Shown here: in pieces, positions 55,981 to 63,858 of the stretch
Layout of the letters: each line of letters opens with the position of its first letter
How positions within the stretch are numbered: the first letter of the stretch is position 1
Assembly: GCA_016291405.1 (NCBI GenBank)
Contig: JAEEXG010000009.1
Coordinates: forward strand, 23-64,022
From: Lachnospiraceae bacterium
Lineage (GTDB): Bacteria; Bacillota; Clostridia; Lachnospirales; Lachnospiraceae
Length of the DNA stretch: 64,000 nucleotides
Reading direction: 5' to 3'
Notes under the pieces: generated by a model
What the model saw: only the letters and a program-made list of their open reading frames with translations
Told to the model about the DNA's origin: nothing
The model's database searches: none
Position numbers and translations under genes: made by a program

Positions 55981-56637
55981 ATGAAAAAAGTATTTAAAAT
56001 CATAGGTATTGTTTTAGGCGGTATTATTCTTGTGGCGCTCATTGCTTTTTTGGTAGCAGGCGTTAGGACTAGGTTGATTCAGAATGATTATTCATCGGTG
56101 TATTCTAATCCGAAGTATGAGAAAGCTTTAAAAATCGAAAATGTAGAAGTGATTGAACAGCATATATCATGTGGCTATGCAGTTATCGAGATGATCTCAT
56201 CGTGGAACGGTGGTGACGTGACAGAGGATAGTTTATACAAAGAATACGGAACTATTGTGACATCTACAGGAAACAAGTTTTGTGAGGAAATGAATAAGCA
56301 GTTTCCTGAGTATGAAACCAAAATCCATAAGTATATGAAGAACACTGAGTTCATTGATGTAATGTATGACACTTTATCTTCGGGAATGCCTGTCCCCTTC
56401 GAGTGGGCGGCTAAGTATGGAGATGAGTGGACATTGCACTATTCATTAATCATTGGAGCAGATATTCCAAATGATAGAATCACAGTGGCCAATCCCTATG
56501 GGTACTATGAGGAACTTACGTTAGAAGAATTACTTAACAGAACCAGCTTTAAGAGCTATGAGAATATGCCTCTTTTCCTAAAAATGGGCTTCGCAGTTGG
56601 AATATTTGAAAAGAATACGCTTTTTTCAATTAGATAG
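55981..56637 (+). CDS. Membrane-anchored protein, possible papain/C39-like cysteine peptidase fold
   Basis: GGTGAGG RBS before ATG 55981 and one N-terminal TM helix. The candidate nucleophile context is ISCGYAVIEM with a later H. The assignment is weak. Confidence 0.35.
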   Translation: MKKVFKIIGIVLGGIILVALIAFLVAGVRTRLIQNDYSSVYSNPKYEKALKIENVEVIEQHISCGYAVIEMISSWNGGDVTEDSLYKEYGTIVTSTGNKFCEEMNKQFPEYETKIHKYMKNTEFIDVMYDTLSSGMPVPFEWAAKYGDEWTLHYSLIIGADIPNDRITVANPYGYYEELTLEELLNRTSFKSYENMPLFLKMGFAVGIFEKNTLFSIR

Positions 56638-56654
56638 ATTCAAGTTTGTGATAT

Positions 56655-56681
56655 CCCACGGGGACGGGGTTAGAGGTCCAT
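56655..56681 (+). repeat. Cassette-junction motif, copy E (5' arm not conserved)
   Basis: CCCACGGGGACGGGGTTAGAGGTCCAT, lying 17 nt after the upstream stop. Confidence 0.8.
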
Positions 56682-56729
56682 TTTATGGGGCCGAAATACT
56701 AAAGATTGGAGTTAATAGAGGAAATAAAA

Positions 56730-57122
56730 ATGGAACAAATTTGGAAAAAATTATATGAGGCAGCAAAAGCTGTGCAAAATCCCAGAGAAATCTCTGAAAG
56801 AATATATGCCGGTGGCGTGGCAGCAGCGATTGAATCCGCAAGCGGTAAGATATATACAGGAGTTTGTGTAGACACATCTTCTTCTCTTGGAATTTGTGCA
56901 GAAAGAAACGCTATGTTTAATATGATTACGAATGGAGAAAATGAGATTAGACGAGTATTGGCAATCATGCCTGATGGGAAAACAGGAGCACCATGTGGCG
57001 CATGTAGAGAATTCATGGCTCAGCTGATGATGGGAAGATATAATCAGGTGGAAATCATGCTTGATTATGAGAATGAAAGAATAGTAACGCTTGAAGAATT
57101 AACCCCTGAATGGTGGCTATAA
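56730..57122 (+). CDS. Cytidine/blasticidin-S deaminase-family zinc deaminase
   Basis: CAERNA (C-A-E) and PCGACREF zinc-ligand motifs; 130 aa from ATG 56730. Confidence 0.8.
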   Translation: MEQIWKKLYEAAKAVQNPREISERIYAGGVAAAIESASGKIYTGVCVDTSSSLGICAERNAMFNMITNGENEIRRVLAIMPDGKTGAPCGACREFMAQLMMGRYNQVEIMLDYENERIVTLEELTPEWWL

Positions 57123-57152
57123 TGGCTCTAGGGGACGAGGTTAATGGTCCAC
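57123..57152 (+). repeat. Cassette-junction motif, copy F (most divergent full-length copy)
   Basis: TGGCTCTAGGGGACGAGGTTAATGGTCCAC, directly after the TAA stop. Confidence 0.75.
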
Positions 57153-57156
57153 TATG

Positions 57157-57212
57157 ATAACCATCAAAATAATGGTAAATAGCACTTGACTTACCATCAT
57201 TTTGATGGTTAT
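57157..57212. promoter_or_regulatory. 22-bp inverted repeat (candidate HipB-type operator) overlapping a promoter
   Basis: Arms ATAACCATCAAAATAATGGTAA and TTACCATCATTTTGATGGTTAT (one mismatch) flank ATAGCACTTGAC. TTGACT (57186-57191) plus a 17-nt spacer plus TTATAT gives a plausible -35/-10. Confidence 0.6.
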
Positions 57213-57232
57213 ATTTAATTAGAGGTGGTAGT

Positions 57233-57778
57233 ATGACAAAAGAGTATTTAACTTCAAAGTATACGAATTCTAATGAAATAAAGGATGTACGCAAACTGCT
57301 TGGTCTTACGCAGAAACAGTTTGCAGATTTTGTCGGTGTATCAAAGCCTACTGTCGAAAGGTGGGAATCAGGCGACGAAAAGATAACCGGTCCAATTGTT
57401 CTTCTCTTAGAAATACTAAAGCGAAATCCGAAAATAGAGAGTGAATTTACTCTGCCACAAAGAGAGACTCCGATGCGGCTTAAGTACTACTACAAAGATA
57501 TGCTTTGCACGCTTATAGATGTAGATGAGATTAAGCAGCGTGTTCTTATTAAGAATTATACCGACAATCTTTTATTTAGGGCTTTTGGAAAAAATGAGAC
57601 CCCCTCATTCGCTGACTATGAGGAATTTCTAGAGTCAAGGTGTTTTCCTAAATCACGAGATAAGATGAAACTTATGCTTAAGGAGTATGATATTCCTTTT
57701 TATGATCCGCTTCTCATTATAGAAAGAACCGGCGGACGTATGGAGGATGATGATTTCCGAATTGTGGTAGAAAGGTAA
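57233..57778 (+). CDS. XRE-family HTH protein fused to a HipA-N-terminal-like (HipS-like) domain; putative antitoxin component
   Basis: HTH LGLTQKQFADFVGVSKPTVERWESG. The C-terminal ~100 aa (..FLESRCFPKSRDKMKLMLKEYDIPFYDPLLIIERTGGRMEDDDF) resemble the N-terminal coupling subdomain of HipA. Confidence 0.65.
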   Translation: MTKEYLTSKYTNSNEIKDVRKLLGLTQKQFADFVGVSKPTVERWESGDEKITGPIVLLLEILKRNPKIESEFTLPQRETPMRLKYYYKDMLCTLIDVDEIKQRVLIKNYTDNLLFRAFGKNETPSFADYEEFLESRCFPKSRDKMKLMLKEYDIPFYDPLLIIERTGGRMEDDDFRIVVER

Positions 57779-57782
57779 GCTC

Positions 57783-58598
57783 ATGGTTGAGTTATTTGAA
57801 AAAGAATTAATAGAAACAGAAAACAAATCATCCAAGGGCAATCAGCTTAAGTGGAGAAACGGTGATACCTGGTATAAAGCAGATTACACAGGATACGAAG
57901 GTTTGGCTGAATACGTTATATCGCATCTTCTGAAAAAGTCCACGCTGAATGCGGATGAGTTTTTGCTTTATGAATTGGAAGACATTAAGTATAAAAACAC
58001 CATTTTTCACGGAGTAAAAAGTAAAAACTTTTTAGAACCGGGATGGCAGTTAATCACTTTGGAACGCCTCTTTAAAAACGTCTATGGTCAAAGTTTAAAT
58101 TCAATGATATATAAGACAGAAAGTCTTGAAAACAGGTTAAAACTTTTGGTTAAAGAAACCGAGAGGATAACCGGGTTGAAAGGCTTTGGAGTATATATGT
58201 CAAAGATGCTTACAATTGACGCGTTCTTTTTAAACGAAGACAGACACACTCATAATATTGCAGTTTTGGCCAACGGAAATGGTGAGTTCAAACTTTGTCC
58301 GATATTTGATCAAGGCGCGGGCCTTTTGTCCGATACGACTATGGACTATCCGCTTGAGGAGGATGTTTACGAGTTGATCGATTCGGTAAAGGCAAAAACC
58401 TTCTGTGACAGTTTTTATGAGCAATTGGATGTGGCTGAAAAGTTGTATGGATCAAATATTAGATTCAGCTTCACCAAGAAAGATGTAGCAGACATCATTG
58501 ATAGAGTTCCTTACGATAGTTACAGCGATGAAATAAAGGAAAGAGTTAAGACTATTTGCTTTGAAAAGATGAGGCAGATGAATTATTTATTTGATTAA
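57783..58598 (+). CDS. Short HipA-family kinase (HipA_C-like), putative toxin
   Basis: Catalytic-loop motif NEDRHTHNIAV (D-R-H-x-x-N) and a downstream FDQGAG. At 271 aa it lacks the HipA N-terminal subdomain. Confidence 0.7.
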   Translation: MVELFEKELIETENKSSKGNQLKWRNGDTWYKADYTGYEGLAEYVISHLLKKSTLNADEFLLYELEDIKYKNTIFHGVKSKNFLEPGWQLITLERLFKNVYGQSLNSMIYKTESLENRLKLLVKETERITGLKGFGVYMSKMLTIDAFFLNEDRHTHNIAVLANGNGEFKLCPIFDQGAGLLSDTTMDYPLEEDVYELIDSVKAKTFCDSFYEQLDVAEKLYGSNIRFSFTKKDVADIIDRVPYDSYSDEIKERVKTICFEKMRQMNYLFD

Positions 58599-58603
58599 AG
58601 TAA

Positions 58604-58632
58604 TGCCCTAGGGGACGGGGTTAGCGGTTCAT
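58604..58632 (+). repeat. Cassette-junction motif, copy G
   Basis: TGCCCTAGGGGACGGGGTTAGCGGTTCAT, with a 1-nt deletion in the 5' arm. Confidence 0.85.
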
Positions 58633-58704
58633 GAAATGACTGGGCGGATAAGATGACAGGTTTAGATGCCGGTTTCTTATCCGACTTTTTTGGAGGTAAT
58701 ATAC

Positions 58705-60054
58705 GTGGCTGAACAGAAGAATTTTACAGAAGGAAAGATACTTGTTCCGCTTCTTAAGTTTGCGATTCCTGTGCTTTTTGCACTGTTTCTTCAATCACTC
58801 TACGGGGCAGTTGACCTTATGATTGTAGGAAAATTTGCAGATCCCGCAGATGTATCGGGAGTATCAACCGGGTCGCAAATCATGATGACGCTTACAAACC
58901 TTGTAAGTTCTTTGTCCATGGGTATGACAGTGTTCTTGGGACAAAAAATAGGTGAAAGAAAAGCCTCTGAAGGAGGAGAAATTGTAGCAAACGGAATAAA
59001 GCTGTTTCTTTCGATAGGCATTTTCCTTACAGTGTTCATTTCATTGATGGCAGGAAATCTTGCCAACATTATGAATGCGCCAAAAGAAGCTTTTGATTTA
59101 ACGGTTTCTTATATAAGAATATGCGGAGCCGGAGCGATTGTAATAATAACGTACAACCTGATAGGAAGTATTTTCAGAGGGCTCGGAGATTCTGTTACAC
59201 CACTTATAACTGTGGCTATAGCCTGTGTCTGCAATATCGCCGGAGACTTGATTTTGGTTGCAGGCTTTGGCATGGGAACAAAAGGTGCAGCAATAGCAAC
59301 AGTATTGGCGCAGCTCATAAGTGTTTTGATATCTTTGTGGCTAATCAGTAAAAAAGAACTGCCATTTAAACTGGATAGGGCATGCTTTAAATCGGGTAAA
59401 GGGATTATTAAAAAGATTGTATTTATCGGGGCCCCGATTGCGCTTCAGGATTTTCTTGTGGGCATATCGTTTCTGGTTATCCTTGCCATCGTCAATTCTC
59501 TTGGCGTAATTGCATCTGCAGGGGTGGGTGTTGCTGAAAAGGTTTGTGCTTTTATCATGCTCATACCTTCAGCTTTTGCTCAGTCAATGTCGGCATTTGT
59601 ATCCCAAAACAGAGGCGCAGGCAGGTACGATAGGGCGTTTAAAGGACTCAAGTATGCCATCGGAGTATCGTTTATATTTGCAGTGCTTATGTTTTACACC
59701 GGTTTCTTTCATGGAGATATGCTGGCCGGAATATTTGCAAAAGATGCAGAGGTTGTTGCCGCATCATGGGATTACCTCAAAGCATATGCCATTGATTGCC
59801 TGTTTACGTGTTTCCTTTTTTGCTTCATTGGATTTTTCAACGGCATGGAGTATACAAGATTTGTTATGGCTCAGGGCATAGTCGGAGCGTTCCTTATTAG
59901 AATTCCTGTGTCATACATAATGAGTAAGCAAGAGCCTGTATCCCTTTTCCATATAGGACTTGCTACCCCTTGCTCGACGGTTACGCAGATTGCAATGTGT
60001 TTTCTTTGCCTTTTCTATCTAAAAAAGAAATTAAGAAAGAAAATGCAAGGATGA
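58705..60054 (+). CDS. MATE-family efflux transporter
   Basis: GGAGG lies 8 nt upstream of GTG 58705. There are 12 predicted TM helices and a typical N-terminus (..GKILVPLLKFAIPVLFALFLQSLYGAVDLMIVG). Confidence 0.85.
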   Translation: MAEQKNFTEGKILVPLLKFAIPVLFALFLQSLYGAVDLMIVGKFADPADVSGVSTGSQIMMTLTNLVSSLSMGMTVFLGQKIGERKASEGGEIVANGIKLFLSIGIFLTVFISLMAGNLANIMNAPKEAFDLTVSYIRICGAGAIVIITYNLIGSIFRGLGDSVTPLITVAIACVCNIAGDLILVAGFGMGTKGAAIATVLAQLISVLISLWLISKKELPFKLDRACFKSGKGIIKKIVFIGAPIALQDFLVGISFLVILAIVNSLGVIASAGVGVAEKVCAFIMLIPSAFAQSMSAFVSQNRGAGRYDRAFKGLKYAIGVSFIFAVLMFYTGFFHGDMLAGIFAKDAEVVAASWDYLKAYAIDCLFTCFLFCFIGFFNGMEYTRFVMAQGIVGAFLIRIPVSYIMSKQEPVSLFHIGLATPCSTVTQIAMCFLCLFYLKKKLRKKMQG

Positions 60055-60118
60055 TTTTGACCTTTTGATAGATTATAATTGTCTGTAATAATGCAAAGAG
60101 ATTTGCTGAGGGAAAACT

Positions 60119-60589
60119 ATGAGGATAGAATACAAAAAACTAACTGAATCGGAACTTGAAAGATTTATAGACATGAGGATTAATCAGCTTACGGAAGAAT
60201 ACACTTCCGAAGGCAGAGAAGTACCGAAAAATGTAGATTTAAAAGGTGCGCTTCTTGATTACTATCATAGACACATGGCTGATGGCACTTTTGTATCATG
60301 GCTTGCCATGGATGGAGATGAGATTATAGGAACAAGCGGAATGTCTTTTGTTGAAAAGCCGCCCTATTTCACATGTACATCGGGAAAGCTCGGGCTTCTT
60401 TCCAGCATGTATACAAATCCTAACTATAGGCGCATGGGAATAGCGAAGGAGCTTCTTGATCGTGTTGTAAATGAAGCAAGAAACTATGGCTGCGGAGCAG
60501 TTCATATTACGGCATCTGATATGGGTGTAAAACTGTATACGGCTTATGGCTTTAAGCATAACGGAAATTTCATGATGTACAATCTTTAA
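60119..60589 (+). CDS. GNAT-family N-acetyltransferase
   Basis: Acetyl-CoA motif A: YRRMGIAKELL; 156 aa. Confidence 0.8.
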   Translation: MRIEYKKLTESELERFIDMRINQLTEEYTSEGREVPKNVDLKGALLDYYHRHMADGTFVSWLAMDGDEIIGTSGMSFVEKPPYFTCTSGKLGLLSSMYTNPNYRRMGIAKELLDRVVNEARNYGCGAVHITASDMGVKLYTAYGFKHNGNFMMYNL

Positions 60590-60641
60590 AGAAACTACTA
60601 AAACTATTTTCTGTGATAAGCGCCGGAAAGAAGGACATTAA

Positions 60642-61214
60642 ATGCCCATAATTATTGAATTATTTTTGACCTTCGCAAAGATAGGCCTGTTTACTTTTGG
60701 CGGAGGTTATGCGATGCTCTCGATTATTGAGAACATCTGTGTTGAAAAGAAAAACTGGATAACCCATGATGAAATGATGAATATAACGGTCATTGCAGAG
60801 TCGACTCCCGGGCCGGTTGCAATTAACTGTGCCACGTTTGTAGGGTACAAAAAGGGTAAGCTTTTAGGTGCTATTTTTGCCACAGTCGGGGTGGCTTTGC
60901 CGTCTTTTATTATTATTTTTGCCATTTCTATGTTTTTGGAAGGATTCCTAGAGATTACCTGGATAGCGCATGCATTCCTTGGCATCAAGATTGCGGTAGG
61001 CATATTGATTCTTGATGCGGCGATTAAGATGATAAAGAAAATGCAAAAGAAACCGCTTCAGATAGGCATTCTTTTGGTTTCTTTTGCCGTTATAATGCTT
61101 GTTAATGTGCTCAAATTGCACGTTTCATCGATTATGATTATGCTTTTGGCAGCTGTTGTAAGCGTCGCCTTCTTTCTTTTAAACAAAGGAAAGAGGAAGG
61201 AGGGACAGGCATGA
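60642..61214 (+). CDS. Chromate transporter family protein (short-chain CHR, first of pair)
   Basis: FTFGGGYAMLS and ESTPGPVAIN motifs with multiple TM helices. Confidence 0.8.
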   Translation: MPIIIELFLTFAKIGLFTFGGGYAMLSIIENICVEKKNWITHDEMMNITVIAESTPGPVAINCATFVGYKKGKLLGAIFATVGVALPSFIIIFAISMFLEGFLEITWIAHAFLGIKIAVGILILDAAIKMIKKMQKKPLQIGILLVSFAVIMLVNVLKLHVSSIMIMLLAAVVSVAFFLLNKGKRKEGQA

Positions 61215-61771
61215 TTTATCTAGACCTTTTGATAGGATTTTTGGAAGTCGGACTGTTTTCTTTTGGCGGAGCATACGCAGCGATACCGCTTATTCGAGAC
61301 GTGGTGATCTCCCATGGATGGATGGACGACGAGATGCTTTCGTACATGATAGCGGTGAGCGAGAGCACACCCGGTCCAATCATGGTGAATCTTGCCACCT
61401 ATGTTGGCAGCAATAAGGGAGGCCTTTTAGGGGCTTTAATTGCGACAACGGCGGTTGTGCTTCCTGCATTTTTTATTATTCTTATTGTAATGGTTGTCGT
61501 GAAAAATCTCCTTAAGAATCCTTATGTGCAGGCAGCGATGGATGGGCTAAAGCCTTGTGTAATGGGTGTCATACTCGCAACAGGCGTTTACATGATTTTT
61601 GGAAATTGCTATGTAAAGACTGTGGGTAGTGTCGACATTACGGCGGTTTTAATGACCTTAGCCTTTGGGGCAATTTATTTTGGCTCAAGAAAAGTTTTAA
61701 AGAAAGGTCTCTCCCCAATTGGACTTATATGCCTTGCGGCTTTAACAGGGGTGGCGGTTTATGGAATATGA
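61211..61771 (+). CDS. Chromate transporter family protein (short-chain CHR, second of pair)
   Basis: FSFGGAYAAIP and ESTPGPIMVN motifs; there is a 4-nt overlap with the first half. Confidence 0.8.
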   Translation: MIYLDLLIGFLEVGLFSFGGAYAAIPLIRDVVISHGWMDDEMLSYMIAVSESTPGPIMVNLATYVGSNKGGLLGALIATTAVVLPAFFIILIVMVVVKNLLKNPYVQAAMDGLKPCVMGVILATGVYMIFGNCYVKTVGSVDITAVLMTLAFGAIYFGSRKVLKKGLSPIGLICLAALTGVAVYGI

Positions 61772-61786
61772 TGGCCCGGGGGACGG
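61772..61786 (+). repeat. Cassette-junction motif, copy H (5' half only)
   Basis: TGGCCCGGGGGACGG, then unrelated AT-rich sequence. It lies directly after the TGA stop. Confidence 0.65.
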
Positions 61787-61803
61787 AAATATAAGGAAAA
61801 GAT

Positions 61804-62643
61804 ATGTACAGTTTTAGTACCAAAGGAATATGCAGCAAGCGTATAAAAATCGAAGCAAACGGTCGTAAAATTCCGCTGCTGGTATTGAAACCCAAAAGTG
61901 AGCCTGTGAATGCGCCGGGAGTTATGTGGATTCACGGCGGAGGATATATGACAGGAATGAAGGAGATGGCATATATCGGCAGGGCGGCGGATCTTGTAAG
62001 AAATCATGGAGCCGTAGTGATTGCTCCCGGTTATCATTTGTCGCTGTTTCATCCATATCCTACTGCATTATATGATTGTTATGCAGCACTCCTGTACATT
62101 AAGGACCATGCAAAAGAATTTGGAATCAACCCTGACCAGATAATGGTTGGGGGAGAAAGTGCGGGCGGCGGATTGACTGCAGCAATCTCAATGTTAGCAA
62201 GAGATGAGGGTGAAGTAAAAATTGCTTTTCAGATGCCGCTATATCCAATGATAGACAATTTTGATACAGCCAGTTCCAAAGACAATCATGCCAAAGTATG
62301 GAATACGAGAAGAAATCACCAGGCATGGGCGGTATACTTGAGAAAAGATGCCAAGAAGGATGTATCACCTTATGCCGCACCTGCCAGGCAGACAGACTAT
62401 TCCAAACTTCCACCGGCATATACGTTTGTCTGTACAGCAGAGCCCTTTTATTGTGAAACATTGAAATATGTAGATGATCTTAAAGCCGCGGGGGTGGAGG
62501 CTGAAGTCGACGTTTACGAGGGAATGTATCATGCTTTTGACATGAGCGAGCCCAAGAATCCTATAAGCAAAGAAGCAATAAGAAGGTTTAATGAGAGATT
62601 TGCTTACGCTAAGGAAAACTATTTCGCGAAACAGGAGAATTAG
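61804..62643 (+). CDS. Alpha/beta hydrolase (esterase/lipase, HSL-like)
   Basis: Oxyanion HGGGY and nucleophile elbow GESAGG; 279 aa. Confidence 0.85.
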   Translation: MYSFSTKGICSKRIKIEANGRKIPLLVLKPKSEPVNAPGVMWIHGGGYMTGMKEMAYIGRAADLVRNHGAVVIAPGYHLSLFHPYPTALYDCYAALLYIKDHAKEFGINPDQIMVGGESAGGGLTAAISMLARDEGEVKIAFQMPLYPMIDNFDTASSKDNHAKVWNTRRNHQAWAVYLRKDAKKDVSPYAAPARQTDYSKLPPAYTFVCTAEPFYCETLKYVDDLKAAGVEAEVDVYEGMYHAFDMSEPKNPISKEAIRRFNERFAYAKENYFAKQEN

Positions 62644-62727
62644 CTGTTTATATCGGAAGTTAATCGCACAAATTCAAGTTTGGAGAGTTAATTCTTACAG
62701 GTTTAGTTAAGGGGTTGGAAAAAACAG

Positions 62728-63258
62728 ATGGATTACGCTATCGTGCTTTATATGGATGATGAAAAAACAACAATGGTTAAAGGGATGATTAAAGAACTCG
62801 CATCTGAATGCGGAAGTGATTACTGTTTGGGTATCGTTCCTCACGTTACGATTTCAGCCATTGTTTCTGGTGACGAAGAGGCTGTTAAAGAAGAGGCAAG
62901 AAATCTGAGTAAACTATTGAAAAGAGGAGAGATTAAAATCGCTTCGATAGGCGTATTTAATCCTTTAGTTATGTTTTTGGCGCCTATTGTTGATTCATAT
63001 TTGCTTGAATCAAGTAAGATTGCAAATGACACTATGTTGAAAGTATCTGAAATAGGAAATAAAGGAAGATACATTCCGTATTCATGGGTGCCTCATATGG
63101 CTGTATCTATGAAGATGGAAAAAGAAGGTTTATGTAAGGCATTCAAAAAACTATCAGAAATATTTACCCCGTTTTCTGCAGAAATTGTCAAGATGGCTCT
63201 TATAAAATGGGAAGAAGATAATCCATATCAAGAACTTGCCGTATACGATTTGAAGTAG
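62728..63258 (+). CDS. 2H-phosphoesterase superfamily protein (LigT-like)
   Basis: Two H-x-T/S-x motifs (PHVTIS and PHMAVS) about 80 residues apart; 176 aa. Confidence 0.55.
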   Translation: MDYAIVLYMDDEKTTMVKGMIKELASECGSDYCLGIVPHVTISAIVSGDEEAVKEEARNLSKLLKRGEIKIASIGVFNPLVMFLAPIVDSYLLESSKIANDTMLKVSEIGNKGRYIPYSWVPHMAVSMKMEKEGLCKAFKKLSEIFTPFSAEIVKMALIKWEEDNPYQELAVYDLK

Positions 63259-63286
63259 TTATAAATTAAAGTGTGAGGAGGAGTTT

Positions 63287-63781
63287 ATGAAGACAAGTAC
63301 TAAGTTAATCATCGCAGGGGCGACCGTTGGGGCATTTGTTGCAGGTTTCTTTTTGGCTAAACATTTTATTGATAACGATAATGAAAACCATTCGGTAAAG
63401 ATTATTGGAGGTGCTGACGGCCCCACAACAGTGTTCTTAGCCGGCAAGATTTCGGAAGAAAAGAAACAGGCCGAGTATAAATCTATATCAATGGAAGAAG
63501 CCAAGGAAGAGTTTGCCAAGTCTGAAAACTATATCATTTTGGACGTTCGGAGAGCAGATGAGTTTGCTGAAGGGCATATTCCCAGCGCTATAAATGTCGC
63601 AAACGAAGATATCGGCGAAGAGAAGCCCGCTGAGCTTCCTGACCTTGATCAGGTAATCTTCGTATATTGCAGAAGCGGACGCAGAAGCAAGGAGGCATCA
63701 GCCAAACTTGCAGCACTCGGATACACCAATATTTATGAGTTTGGCGGAATATTGGATTGGGACGGCGAGATTGAAAAATAG
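63287..63781 (+). CDS. Membrane-anchored rhodanese-domain sulfurtransferase
   Basis: N-terminal TM helix and active-site loop CRSGRRS; 164 aa. Confidence 0.8.
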   Translation: MKTSTKLIIAGATVGAFVAGFFLAKHFIDNDNENHSVKIIGGADGPTTVFLAGKISEEKKQAEYKSISMEEAKEEFAKSENYIILDVRRADEFAEGHIPSAINVANEDIGEEKPAELPDLDQVIFVYCRSGRRSKEASAKLAALGYTNIYEFGGILDWDGEIEK

Positions 63782-63811
63782 TGGCCCACGGGGACAGGGG
63801 TGGCGGTCCAT
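63782..63811 (+). repeat. Cassette-junction motif, copy I
   Basis: TGGCCCACGGGGACAGGGGTGGCGGTCCAT, directly after the TAG stop. Confidence 0.8.
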
Positions 63812-63858
63812 TTAAATGGAGCCGGATTACAGAAAATCGGCAGTTTGTGGAGGAAAGC

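Noticed and set aside
58604-58632. Junction motif as a riboswitch or 5' regulatory RNA (GGGGACGG resembles the ACGR loops of mini-ykkC hairpins; CTAGGG/GGTCC resemble ykkC strings).
   Set aside because: The sequence 3' of ACGG is G-rich rather than complementary C-rich, so the mini-ykkC hairpin cannot form. The genes downstream of the nine copies have unrelated functions, which argues against a common ligand-responsive leader.
3804-58704. Longer upstream starts given by the ORF track (3804, 7071, 23282, 23640, 42947, 52780, 55939, 56706, 58666).
   Set aside because: In most cases an internal ATG/GTG is preceded by a good Shine-Dalgarno sequence at proper spacing. It also matches the usual N-terminus of the family (for example MRIGVFF for DJ-1, [13 protein letters not shown] for PurE). 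The longer forms overlap upstream genes or terminators. 23336 remains uncertain because it has no RBS.
60642-61771. Chromate transporter split into two ORFs as a possible frameshifted pseudogene.
   Set aside because: Each half carries its own complete CHR signature (F.FGG.YA..P and ESTPGP). The halves overlap by 4 nt like translationally coupled genes. Paired short-chain CHR genes are an established arrangement.
51255-63811. Canonical integron attC sites at the cassette junctions.
   Set aside because: The conserved element is only ~30 nt. Its primary sequence is highly conserved rather than only its structure. I could not find an upstream RYYYAAC inverse-core partner for the GTTAGCG-like string in any copy. 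No intI gene is in the window. It is therefore described as integron-like with a non-canonical site.
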